A DNA stretch of 64,000 nt from Takakia lepidozioides (lineage: Eukaryota > Plantae > Bryophyta): positions 30,504,001 to 30,568,000 of the forward strand of contig CM060732.1 of the NCBI GenBank assembly GCA_030704615.1. Direction: 5' to 3'. The translations under genes were made by a program, and so were the position numbers. Within the stretch, counting starts at the first letter, position 1, and each line of letters starts with the position of its first letter. The notes under the pieces are model-generated. The model had not been told where the DNA came from. It ran no database searches and worked only from the letters and a program-made list of their open reading frames with translations. Of the stretch, positions 39,901-50,100 are shown in pieces.

Positions 39901-42864
39901 GGGGGATACATACAAGAGAAACCTTCACAGAACATAGGAGCAAAGGATGCAGCACATACAAGAGAAGCAATCCCACCAACAGTCTGCACAAAGGTATTGT
40001 GGAATATGAATATCTACCATGGCACATCCTTTACCGTCTTTGGTGCAGGGATTGGCATGTCTAAGTTCACAGTAAACTCTTGCAAAGGAGTTGGCCGCTG
40101 CTGAAGGCTATCATTAAATACAATTTTGTTCATCATGTGGGCATAATCAAGGTTCACTTCATTCAACAGCTGCGACACATCCTCATTCCTCTCTCTCATG
40201 GCTTTAGTGTTGGACGTTAGAGCCTTGATCCGAGCTTCCTGGTCTGGATTGAGAGTTGGAATATCATCAATTGGCATACTCTCAACATAGAGATTGTATC
40301 TCTGCATACAAACACAGGGTCAAGGCTCCTTTGACTGCTACCAGCAATTCAATCTCAAATAGCTCAAAGTACCATGTCGATAAATTAGACTGTCACTTAC
40401 GTGTGAAGGATTCTCTATAAAATGTTGCTGATCAAGGATTTCAAGAGAGACTTGCATAATATTCTTGCAAACTATCACCAGTGAACTTTGGAGTAGACCA
40501 ACCCTTCAGGGTGTAGTCTCACAACACTTCCTCAGGGGTTCACTGTTGACGAAAGGTTCGCATCAACACCATACTTGAAAGTACTAATGAAACAAGAGAG
40601 AAGGTGGACTAAGAGGCAGTCTCCAGGCAATCAGCACCTACCCCTCACGCACCAGCATGGGTAAAAGAAATGTATGTTTAAATAACTTGAAAACATTTTC
40701 CCTCTCAAATGTTGACCATAAACCCTGCAGGACAGTTCTTCCACTTGGCTGACGCTAATAAAGTATTGACAGCGAACAGTGTCCCATTTGCAACCGTAAA
40801 ATCCAAAGTAATGGTCCTGGATTGATCTCTAAAGGCAGCAGTCGTGTACAAAAACAATGTTACCTCTGATGTTATGATCCGCTATTAGCAGTCTACAGTC
40901 AGCAGCCAATAAAGCATGCCAGTAGTACAGAGGGACAAGTGAAAACCATCTTTGCAACTGCATTTCAGGGAAAAGTCTCCACAGATATACTGGCTTGGCC
41001 GTGGGTTTGCATCCACAGGGGTACAGCGATTTAGTCAAACTTGCCACAGAATACCGTACAAAAATCTCGTGACTTGGTTGGAGGTGAAGGGCAAAAAAGA
41101 AGAAAGCAAGTAACTCTGTTGCGGAACGCCCAAACAGCCCAAGCAACAATAGAGAGACAAAAAGTGTGTTTACCAGCATAATCTCAGCTTGAGCACGAGC
41201 CCTAGTAGCTTCAGCAACTCGCCTCACAAACCGGAAAGGGTCCTCTGCTTGGAAATGCACTTGGATCCTGCACTTGTTCAGTATCAGATGGAGTCACAAC
41301 TTAGGCTGAAATCTGTTCTCTTAAGTCCTTGCCTGCTGAAAGAGAAGCTGGGCTACTTCCAAATCATTGCCTCAGTCAGGACCAAGAACCTCTCTCTCAC
41401 TTAATGCTTTCATGCTTTCTCCTTTCTGTCTGTCTTTTTCCCTCTTCTCTTGAGCTTCCTTGCACGTTGTAATTTTAAATCTTCCTCCTTCCTCTCCCTT
41501 GTCCTCACCCTTACTTCATGCTTCGATAAAGACCACCCCAAAGGGTTCTGGAAAGCCATATAACTCTTGCAAAGGTGGCTCCCACTATTCAGGGAGTGTT
41601 GCCAATGGTGGCAGGCCTCTCCTGTTCTCTTCCCATTCCCCTGCCCTTTTCCAACCTAGGCATGGGGTCTATTAGCCCACAAGGATCCAAACGAAAATAA
41701 ACCTCTCCTTGCTACCCAAACATTCCCATGATGCCTTCCTCAATCCATCCACCTCTGTCCCACAGCAGAAACCCACACACAGAAGTAAAAGAGGAGACAG
41801 TGTCTTGCCTCGGTAGCCAAGCAGTTTGGCCTGTGTCATCCCATTGTACTAAATATGTGTTGCTTTCTTCAAGGTAGTCAATCACCAAGCATGGCTTCCA
41901 CTCAGTTGTGCCATCAAATCTTGGAAATGCTGCTTGTGCTGGCACCTTGGTTACCTTGTCAACCCTGAATTTGCACCAAGTTTTACATGAGAAGAATCTC
42001 TGAAAGATAATTACAAGGTGGTGCTATACTCAAGAACATTGGGACAGAGAATATAATGGCGTCTAAGTTGTACAATTTCAGTAATAGAAGAGACATCTGA
42101 CTAAAGCTGCAATGGAAAGGATTTTTCCATTCAATTATCTGCTGATGTATCTTTTGCGTGCCCATGGGTGCAAGTGTGCTTCAGGGCAGATGGGCAGATG
42201 CAACCCCTCTGCTATGGCTCTTCCATTAAGTGTCTTCTGGGACAAATCCCAACCCCCGGATCACATTACAAATGCTAAAAATCTTTCAATCATGCGCCCA
42301 GTCCAAGCTTAAACTGAGACAACACAAGGGCAAAATTCAGCAGAAGGAGTACCCACAAACAGAGGGCAATAAAGCTGAACCCAAAGTTACCCTATCCTAG
42401 TCCGCCATCTCCTATGCTTTCACTCTGTTTGCGGACTCACCGTCTCTCTTACAACACGTCTAGAAGAAAGCAATTACCACTGTGAAGGGAAACGGGTCTC
42501 ATAATCTTGGTTATCAAAGAGGTGAAGCGGAAGCTTTCCTTGGTCTGCATTCATAACCATCTCCTTCGGATCGAATCCCTCTTTCTCCAAAAGCTCTGCA
42601 ATATCTTGTGTTGCGTACAGCCTTTTCAATCTGTAGATGTAAAAGCCACAACAACATGAGCATGGCAAGAAGTGACAAACTTCTCCAGTATGACACCGTC
42701 ATATGTGGCTGCAAAGTATGTTTCCTAAACTAGGATGGTACAGAAAGTGGAAGGAGAAGATATATGAACCTTTCAATTGCAACCCTCCGTGGCACTTCGC
42801 TAACTTTCGTGACATGGGGGACCATAACCGTTGGATCCAGGACACTGGCGACTTCCAGCGAAGC
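987..42864 (-). CDS. DNAH1: Axonemal inner-arm dynein heavy chain, DNAH1/DHC2 (dynein d)-like; partial (3' end lies left of the window, first exons uncertain)
   Basis: 36 exons join in frame (8520 nt, 2840 codons): 42864-42770, 42630-42478, 41964-41809, 41267-41174, 40301-40018, 39227-38988, 37904-37622, 37214-36963, 36552-36368, 35256-35162, 35015-34831, 34397-34152, 33901-33548, 31607-31344, 30902-30513, 29989-29762, 26972-26880, 26679-26518, 26242-26111, 21191-20934, 20459-20191, 19927-19741, 18181-17894, 17625-17482, 16783-16592, 14693-14268, 13697-13251, 12620-12021, 11543-11382, 9258-9022, 8685-8518, 7731-7423, 6834-6484, 6114-5863, 1615-1451, 1160-987. P-loops: AAA1 [11 protein letters not shown]2 [11 protein letters not shown]3 [11 protein letters not shown]4 GVGGSGRQ. 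Also CFDEFNR, YGYEYLG and the stalk/MTBD. The N-terminal PRRVAIER and LPLHLFDN motifs resemble DNAH1. The family call is secure; the ortholog call comes from motif recall. Confidence 0.93.
2528..2599 (-). pseudogene. tRNA-like cassette (Pol III A/B boxes) in the TRIM 3' LTR
   Basis: Same cloverleaf with A box TAGCTCAGTGG and B box GGTTCAATTCC. Acceptor stem GGACGGG/CCCGGCC pairs at 6 of 7 positions. Confidence 0.8.
2746..2817 (-). pseudogene. tRNA-like cassette (Pol III A/B boxes) in the TRIM 5' LTR
   Basis: GGACGGG-TAGCTCAGTGGTAGAGC-A-CCCCA CCGGAA TGGGG-GAGGTC-CTAGGTTCAATCCCTAG. The anticodon loop is 6 nt, so this is not a canonical tRNA. Confidence 0.8.
3098..5781 (-). mobile_element. 5'-truncated LINE family A (RTEX-like), interrupted by a family B LINE
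   Basis: [11 protein letters not shown]...YRYLG. The C-terminal [10 protein letters not shown]|ETGRW...CPAC...[11 protein letters not shown] motif is split across the insertion. Ends in a (CATTT)n tail at 3098-3128. Confidence 0.88.
3479..4730 (+). mobile_element. 5'-truncated LINE family B (RTEX-like) nested in LINE A
   Basis: [11 protein letters not shown]...YTYLGVEF...[12 protein letters not shown]...CPLC...HFLIHCP. Perfect 12-bp TSD TCTATCTGTAGG at 3467-3478 and 4731-4742. Confidence 0.9.
9720..10900 (-). mobile_element. Degenerate LINE ORF2 N-terminal part (APE endonuclease plus linker), probably family B
   Basis: Fragments [19 protein letters not shown] (around 10412-10436) and [31 protein letters not shown]. 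Boundaries approximate. Confidence 0.65.
12800..12990. repeat. LINE A tail fragments in tandem (+) followed by an inverted (-) copy
   Basis: CTGTGGAC(A/G)TTAT(G/A)AAG occurs twice, then (CATTT)n, then the reverse-strand ACGTCCGCAGAGAG...GAGCTTA. Similar short tails occur at about 2008-2082, 20105-20170(-), 39690-39730, 50690-50750(-) and 55950-55990(-). Confidence 0.7.
15005..15460 (+). mobile_element. Older LINE A 3' fragment
   Basis: [19 protein letters not shown]...[11 protein letters not shown], followed by the 3' stem-loop and a degenerate tail. Confidence 0.8.
15485..15978 (+). mobile_element. Young LINE A 3' fragment
   Basis: Nearly identical to the reverse complement of 3098-3478 plus 4743-4868. 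(CATTT)n tail. Flanks TCTCTTC(C/T)ACT resemble a TSD. Confidence 0.88.
16205..16313 (+). mobile_element. LINE B 3' end fragment
   Basis: CAAACTGGG...GGCCGCAAGGCTACAGCAAACAACATCTTATGAGTACATTCT matches 4670-4730. Confidence 0.75.
19400..19650 (+). mobile_element. LINE B internal fragment
   Basis: [20 protein letters not shown]...[18 protein letters not shown], homologous to 3479-3710. Confidence 0.8.
21238..21626 (+). repeat. Copia 5' LTR
   Basis: Direct repeat of 25617-26005; TGTTAG...CCAACA. Confidence 0.96.
21631..25609 (+). pseudogene. Copia gag-pol polyprotein broken by frameshifts near 23310, 23950 and 24570
   Basis: ORFs 21631-23319, 23372-23989, 23974-24585 and 24566-25609 are successive pieces of one polyprotein in different frames. 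Confidence 0.92.
25617..26005 (+). repeat. Copia 3' LTR
   Basis: Direct repeat of 21238-21626, preceded by the PPT and followed by the GAAAG TSD. Confidence 0.96.
27085..29035 (+). mobile_element. Cluster of degenerate LINE A-type pieces, including an RT core (about 27405-28830)
   Basis: [37 protein letters not shown] and YQYLG, with many frameshifts. Confidence 0.82.
29344..29692 (+). mobile_element. Young LINE A 3' fragment
   Basis: Almost identical to 15628-15978; (CATTT)n tail. Confidence 0.88.
31640..32350 (+). mobile_element. Degenerate LINE family C (distant relative of family A)
   Basis: [19 protein letters not shown]...VGSHGLQIE...ICPVC...DHILL, paralleling the family A C-terminus. 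Confidence 0.6.
32390..33212 (+). mobile_element. Stack of LINE 3' fragments (A 32390-32650, B 32669-32880, A 32885-32990, A tails 33080-33212)
   Basis: Repeated TGTCCCATAAGCTCTTT...TATAAAG(T/C)ACCATTTC tails and the family B end TTATGAGTACATTCT. Confidence 0.8.
38818..38945 (-). mobile_element. LINE B 3' end fragment
   Basis: Reverse complement of the family B terminus (GAATGTACTCATAAGAC...GCCGTAGCCTTGTGGCCA). Confidence 0.75.
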
Positions 42865-43456
42865 CTGCAGTAGGAGGCCACACAAGACCAAGGGATAACT
42901 GTTTGAGGAATGGATAGCAAGAGCATTCAACTCTCCTGTTCATGATTTATTAAACCCAGAAAAATCCACGAGAAGCAAATAAGCCATCATGGATCAGAAA
43001 GCATCAAATGATACTCAGCTACAATCACAACTATCTTTCACACACAAAGTCAAATGTGAAATCTTTGGGAATTACGGATTCAAATACTTGTGCTTTATGA
43101 TTTTCAGCACAATGTATAAGCTGATCGACAGATTAACCCTCAAAACCCTGTAGCCGAATTGGAATCGGCTGCTATGGCAATCTCTGATTGTACCTTGGTC
43201 AGTAGAAACTCCACATCCAGGAGAGAAGATAACTTTGGAGATTATTCCCCTTGAGGCAGAGGCCCTAGATTGACAGGATCTAATCCATAAAGCCTTACAT
43301 TTCAGGGGGCAGACTACAGTACCTAAGAAAGGTCACCTTATATTCAATTCCACACCGAAGTCCCTTTCAACCATTTCTACACAAATATACGAGTCTACTG
43401 GAAGTCATGCAAGTTGCAGGCTAGAGTCACTGACACCTTGGATCAAGAAAGATTAC

Positions 43457-43527
43457 CTCAGATCCCTGATTCTGGCCCCTCGCATTAGGGTCACCAGTGC
43501 CTTCTTCTACAGTACTTGCCTGTTTTC
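43457..43527 (-). CDS. Probable additional 5' exon of the dynein heavy chain
   Basis: taacag|...GAG|gtaatc, open reading frame (KQASTVEEGTGDPNARGQNQGSE), and a phase-0 end compatible with exon 42864. No homology support. Confidence 0.4.
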
Positions 43528-45115
43528 CTGTTAGACAGATAATACATGTGAATTTTCTTTCAGATGCGTAACCGTATATCTAGGGACAGCCTGATCACTA
43601 CCCTAGGAGTCTGAAGTCCAGGCAAAGCCGTTTTTGAAACAGATTTAATGTCAATCTAACATGTCTACAAGGCATTCCAATGGTTTCCATCTCAGTTCAA
43701 AGCGTGATAACTGTGAACGATCTGAAGTGTTCAATTGGGGATAGCTGAATGCATGCAAATGTAGCTTAGAAGTCACGAGAAGCTCTTGCCTCTAGCCTTC
43801 GGCTGGACCGGACGCTCTGCCATGGTGCGCACACAGAGCAGCACACCACCAGCGACAAGGACCGTGTGTCACTATCTTTGATTGCGATGCTCTCGCCAAG
43901 CGTCATTTACGTGACGCCCTTCCTCATGACGAGTATCCCCCGTGTACCTGGATGTATATACGAGCACCATCTCTATGTCTCTTAAGAGATGAGCTTCTAT
44001 CTCAATCTACTTGATTTTCCATAGAGAATTCCTGCTTTCAAATCTCAGTTATGCTCAGTGAGGTCTCCAGCTTCAAATCTTTCTTCGATATCATATCGCA
44101 TTGTAATCTTGTCAAGAAATGCCTCAAAACTCCCTCTGTAAACGACCTCATGGGTTGCAGACATGTTTAGGTCTTCTGGGCCCGACAATGGCGAAACAAG
44201 GAAGGTAATCAGCCTATCTTTAGAGCAAAGACTGTGCTGGCCACCAACAGTATCAGTACTATGTTTTGGCACAAAAGAGCCTGGAAACTCTGATGATGAG
44301 AACCCTAAAATTCCACATTATGCCTATAAATCGTGCTCAAGTCTTTCTGGATATTATCATCGCACGGCGATAATCTGCACTGAACCTACAAATCATCAAA
44401 GGCTGTCCACGACGAGATTTGAAGGAATCAAAATGTCAACACCAATCCGTGTTCTCTCTCTCAAGTTCTGTTCCCCTTCATGAAGACAACGTACTACCAA
44501 ACAAACTGAGTTGCAAAATTGGTAGAGTCGGGCAATCATTCCTATAATTCGAGGCGCAACGAAAAATACAGACCCCAAATTGGCCCTAAGGTGATCAACT
44601 TGCAACAATTTTCAGGCCGGTGATTTCGAATCGGCTCCGCGCAAGAGCCGAGAATTTTGTGTAGGTGGAGTGGAGTCTTTCCAGCTCAGGCTCAAGCCGG
44701 CAGAAATGAACGACCGGCAGAAATGGGACGGTTAGCCGCCGGCTCACATGTGAGCTTTGCCCAGTTTCACCCCCCCCGGCGGTTGAGTTGCCGGTCGGCG
44801 CTGACAGGACCGGCATAGGGTATAGCAATTGCCCCTGGGTTAAAAGATAGGGCTAAAAGATAAAAGACGCAGGTTGAGATGTATTAGGGTTGTTTATGTT
44901 AAGGTATTACATGATCTCATAGGTTAAAAACACAAAAAGTTATTACATTTACCCATTTTCCTGCGCCATGAAGAGTGCTTCTACCCTATGTGCAATGGAG
45001 GAGAGAGACAAAATCAAGATACTCTAAAAAATAAAATCCTGACCACCCATTTTGGGCAGCTATGAAAGTTCTCAAAAAGTTCCCCAAAGTTCCCACAGCT
45101 ACTTTGAAATAGAAC

Positions 45116-45167
45116 CCATTACTGATCCATTACTGACCCTTACTGACCCATTACTGATCAGTAATGG
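45116..45167. repeat. (CCATTACTGA)-type short tandem array ending in a perfect 20-bp palindrome
   Basis: Four near-tandem units, with CCATTACTGA|TCAGTAATGG at 45148-45167. Confidence 0.8.
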
Positions 45168-46540
45168 AATGCACAAGAATTGAGCCGCCTTGTAGATGGC
45201 AAGATCGATTAAAGTTTGTGCGAGATGAGGTTAGGTACCTCCAGCAGCTCGACAAAAGGTCGTTCTCGTTTCACTTCCCACTCCGTGAAGAGGAAGCGTG
45301 GTTGGTCTCAAGGGTGGGAGCACTCCTCAGGAAAATTGCGTTCGAAGGAGCTTCAAATGTCTGAGAAGCTTTTACCAGAAAATGCTGGGGCCACAATTAA
45401 CAGTTACCGAGTGGCCAGGAGGAGTGGCCCATGAGGATCATTCGATGCACTCCTGGCGTGATTCATACCTACTTCGGTTGAAACTTAAGCTTGTCTAAAT
45501 TGATCCTCTTGGGACTTGTTGCTAATTCAGTTGAAGCACTCATCTTGTGGTGAATTTGGGTTTGTGCTGGCTTGCCTGTTCCCGTCAGCCCGATGAAAGG
45601 CGCATTGGGCTCCCACTTGCCGAATAGCCTGTGAGCGTGGGGGAGAGCGACGCAGTGTGAGGCAGGGATAGGCTATAGGAATGCGGATGACGCTCTCGGC
45701 CCCAGCATCTGCTGCAGGCCCACTGTGCCTGCCACTGTGAGAGACGCCAAGCCAAAGGTACGTTGATTCGCTCTTCTTTCTTGTTGCGGACTCGTGTAAA
45801 TGCTACTCTGGCTTGCCTGCAATAATCATGGCAACATACTCTATTTTTTTCAGTCTCTGTATCAGAACTCCGCGGCTGCTATCTTTCCATGCGGTAGGGA
45901 AGGTAAAGAGAGAGGAAGAACGGAATTTTATGAACGTCCACGAAGAAACCAAGGGAGAGGAAAAGGGGGGCGGATCCACAAGAGCATTACTGGAGGCCTT
46001 CAGAGATGCAGGAGCATTGTAGCAATAGACCTTCCACACATTTCTGCTTCAATTAGATCATCTCAAGTGCAGGAATTCACACCAGGCTACGACCTTCCGG
46101 TTGGTAATAATCCTAATAAAGTGCCATAGCCGTCTCCTATGTCTCCCATGTGCGCAAAAGAACACCTAATCAGAAACTTTTTTCAGTGTATTTCGAGGTC
46201 CTCTTGGCTGGCAGGACATGACAGTCGTTCCGAGGAGGACCTTGTGGAAGTGAGTGGCACATCCAAGCTGAACCTTATGGATTAAGAATAATTATGATCT
46301 TTCTTAGGGCTGTTCTTCACTCAGTGGAAGTTTTGGACTGTCTCGAACCAAGGAAGGACCTTGAAACTTTCCCCTGCACAAGATTAACATTACTCCTAAT
46401 GGTCATTTTTGGGAGAGTTACATGGAGTGGAAAGTGGAGGTATTGCAAAGATTCCGCTTAATAAGTAGGTGTGCAGCCCAGTGAATGAAGCTCAATACTG
46501 TGGCATTGGACTTTACAATGAAGGAAGAGAGATAAATAAT

Positions 46541-46690
46541 GGACTCATTAGACTTTGTTTGCTGTGGCCTTGTGGCCCTAGACCTGGGGCCCACGTTGGA
46601 CAGAAACAGAGGGAATATAGGAACACACTAGACATAGGATGGGAGTTGAATCTGCGCGTTGGAGCCTACTGGTACAGTTGCCTCTACCAT
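46541..46690 (-). mobile_element. Degenerate LINE B 3' end fragment
   Basis: Aligns by eye to 38821-38900. Confidence 0.6.
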
Positions 46691-47111
46691 TAGCAGATCA
46701 TCAAGGAGCCAGGATCGGCCGACACTGTTCAACTGAAAGAAGTTGTGGATTAGTTCTCACTCAAACAGCTACATGGAGAGGTTCACCATTCAGAGCAGAA
46801 AATCGAAGCTGATGAAAATCTCTGGAGGACGAGGTAAAGATAAAGACAGTGTCCTGACGGGCTTTTGACTGGTGTCTGCAAACACCATCAGTTAGAGTTG
46901 CTCTTCTACAAGCTTTAGAAAGCGATTCTAAGAGGTTTTTTCCTATCTAGACTTGTGACTTTTCCTAGAGTTTCTTTTCCTATCTAGACTGGAGCAGTTT
47001 CACAAACCTGGAGGCTATGCTATGATCAGGCTGTAAGAGGGGCAATACAATTGCTCCTTTGAACAGCTGGGGATGAACCTGAGCTGTCCAAACTGCAAAT
47101 TGGAAATCTTC

Positions 47112-50100
47112 TTAGGTGCACTGAGCTTTGCTGATGAGGATGTCGCCATACGGCTCTGCCTGGTCCACTGATAGAAAACTGCTTGAAGCTAATACTGTCA
47201 TAGAAATCACCACTCATACTGTTCAGACTATAACTCCTCAGTCTAGTGGTGAAAGAATCCACCCCAATATAGATAGTGAGTGGACTGACGTTTCATCCTG
47301 CTGCTGGACCGTAACTCAAATACTGACTGCCAAATGGATCAAGCTTTTGCACAGCCTACATTTAGCATGTAGGTGTACATTATACAATGGAAGCAATGAG
47401 AGAATGAAAGAAATGATTTTGAAAAGAACTTGGCACTATCCATTTATAGCCCAAAGAGGGTATGGGACAAAAATATTTGGCAGAGAAAGAAATCAAAATG
47501 CCTTTGCCAGGGGTGAGTAGCCTCTGAGGAGAAAGTTGTATCGCCCGCTAATCTCATAATGCACTGGGCAAGAGAAAAGAAATGACGTGAGCACTCAAAG
47601 AGCAGAGAGAGTGACATCCTACCGCATGTTTGGTAGAATAGCTTGGCTGCTTTTGATCTGTCAAGTCCCTGGCTTAAGCTGTTCAAGGACTGCTGTGAGG
47701 CAGCCCCCCGATTTTCAAAACGCTCCTGCAAATGCCTGGCACAAATGTTTTGTCACAAGACTGTGTGAAGGGACATGGCATAGTTGGGAAAGTGGAGCTG
47801 AATGTAGAATGGAGGCTCGCAGCTTACTTTTGAAGGGCGGCTGTTGTTTTGTCCATGGAGTCTTGTGGATTTGGCGGCTGGGTCTGACCGGCAGTGTCCT
47901 CCAATAGCTCTGCATGATAGGAATTTTCCTCTTTAATCGTACACTTTCATGAGCTGTGCATTTACCTTGTGCCATTGCTACAGATGGATATGAGTGTGCA
48001 TACTAACCTTCAAGGTTTACAGTAATGCAGCTTTGATCAAGAACCCATTTTGGACTAGGCTTTCTAGGCAAGCTTTATGGACCTCTAAACTCCTAGCCAT
48101 TTGAACACGCCCAGAAAACTCACCAAACTGGCTGAGGCTGCCGGTAAAGTCTGCGTTGGTGAAATAATTTGCCAAGTTGCCCATACCCGGGGTTTGAGGA
48201 GCATGTATATTAATCTCTGGTAAGTCTCCCAGAAAGGGAGATGTGCTTCTCCTTACTGGTTCTGAAACTCGTGCCCTTTTTGAACTGCCATCATAGGAAA
48301 CTGTTGAGTATAAGCTGCTGCAAGGCATTAAAGATTCCAAAATATGCCACTATCGATGTAGGGGAAAAAGTGCAATTTTGCACTTGATAAGACTGCGACT
48401 GATACAGCCTCAGGAGCAGGAGCATCAGATGGACTGAAACATTTTTTCTTTGATTCACCCCTTCACACTCGCAAGATTGTGATTTAAATAAGGTATGGAA
48501 CAGCCTTACCGGCCAGTAGTAGGTAGTTCTCCCTCACTGTCAAACACGAGTCCCCCTGTCGTGGGAGTTGACCTCCGGCAGCCTGAGGTTCTTCCGCTCC
48601 CATCCAATTGGCCTGCAAATGGATGATTTAAGGTCCTGGTAGAATTGGTCTTTGCTATCAGAAAGCCTAGACACCTAATAGGGACAGTTATATCAACTCT
48701 AGGGTCCACTTCTCCTTGAAAGGATTTGAACGTGCTCTGGGTGCTTATGATCATTACAACCCTTGTCCCCTTGTATTGCAGACCTAACCACAGAACCTCC
48801 AGGCCTCCTGCTTTACGTTGTCTCATCCATATTCTCACTTACCCCTGAAGGACGATAACTTGGTTAGTAAGGGGACTTTTATAGCATTCTTCCTAAGGTT
48901 GAGTGAATTCACCTGAAGGCATGGGGGTGAGGCCAATCTGATTGCCCAAAAATTCGTCATTGCTTCCTGTGTTGGGAGTCTGAAGGGCTGTACGCAGCTT
49001 CTCTACTGAGCCTAGGTCATCCCGGGTCTCAAACTCTGGCGGAGGCTGAAACAATCCGAATACAGATTTCAAATGATGTTGGCATGAATTCTAGGAGGAG
49101 TACGTGTACATTTCTTAAGCATGTTTAATATCAATGACTGGAAAGAAGAGGCATGACTATAGTGGTTATCAAAGGATTCTAGATGATAGACCTATCATTA
49201 GACTGATCAGCTTACAAGCTCTGGCTCCATATCAAAGGATGCAGCTTCCACTTCTGGCTGCACGAATCCTGATGTGTTGCTGTTCTCCTCCATGTCTGGT
49301 CAGCTCCAAGAAACAGAGTCTTCAATAACAATTAAGGACATATTCCTTCTCCTGATGATATATGAATGGAGCGAACAGTGTCTAGAAGAAGCTATGAAAT
49401 AGGTATGGCCTGCAGTTCCATGAGGTTTTGTAGAGAGCAAATTCAGTGGATACACAAAATGTAAAGGGTGATGGTTTACATTTCAGAAGTCCCCAAAATT
49501 GTTGTGCCATATTCTGGGAGGTTCTAAATTCTATGTCCGCCACTAACTCACTAGTTGTAGAGCAAACTAACCCTGGCCCCTTGTTTGTGGCAGATTGGTT
49601 TTTTCTCGGCCGGCAATGGTCAAACCCCACAAATCTTGGAGCGGTTGCCCCCAAGTTGGCTCTGGTCCAAAACGGCCATTGAAAGACACACATGCTGACG
49701 GCAGACTCCATGTCTTCTGAATGTGGAGTGTGATTGACTGGTGGGCCTTCAGAACCTGCACTCTCCAAGAAAAAGAGAACAACCAGTTGTAAAGCAAGCC
49801 GGAGGGAATAAAAAAGAAGTCTACACTCTTATCGAGTATCATTCATGCACATGAGGGCTTACTGTTAGAAACACATTTGAGGGCTTTATGTGCCCCTCCC
49901 CCAAATAACCTCTGATGACAATATATCAGATTGTTCCAGTCACTTGACCTGGAAGAGTTAATCTATTAAAAACATGTGGATATGTCTATGATGGGATTTG
50001 GAGAGTCTGGATTTACCATGCTGTGGTTAAGAAAAAGCAAAGAAGAGTGGTGCAGTCAGTAACATACCTCCTTGCGATTACGACCCAGAATGTCAGAAGG

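Noticed and set aside
44045-44272. ORF as the first dynein exon
   Set aside because: No homology and no convincing donor linking it to downstream exons.
48151-48186. 36-nt GT-AG intron in REC8
   Set aside because: It is very short and the frame is open through it, so I treated it as exon; RNA-seq would be needed to exclude it.
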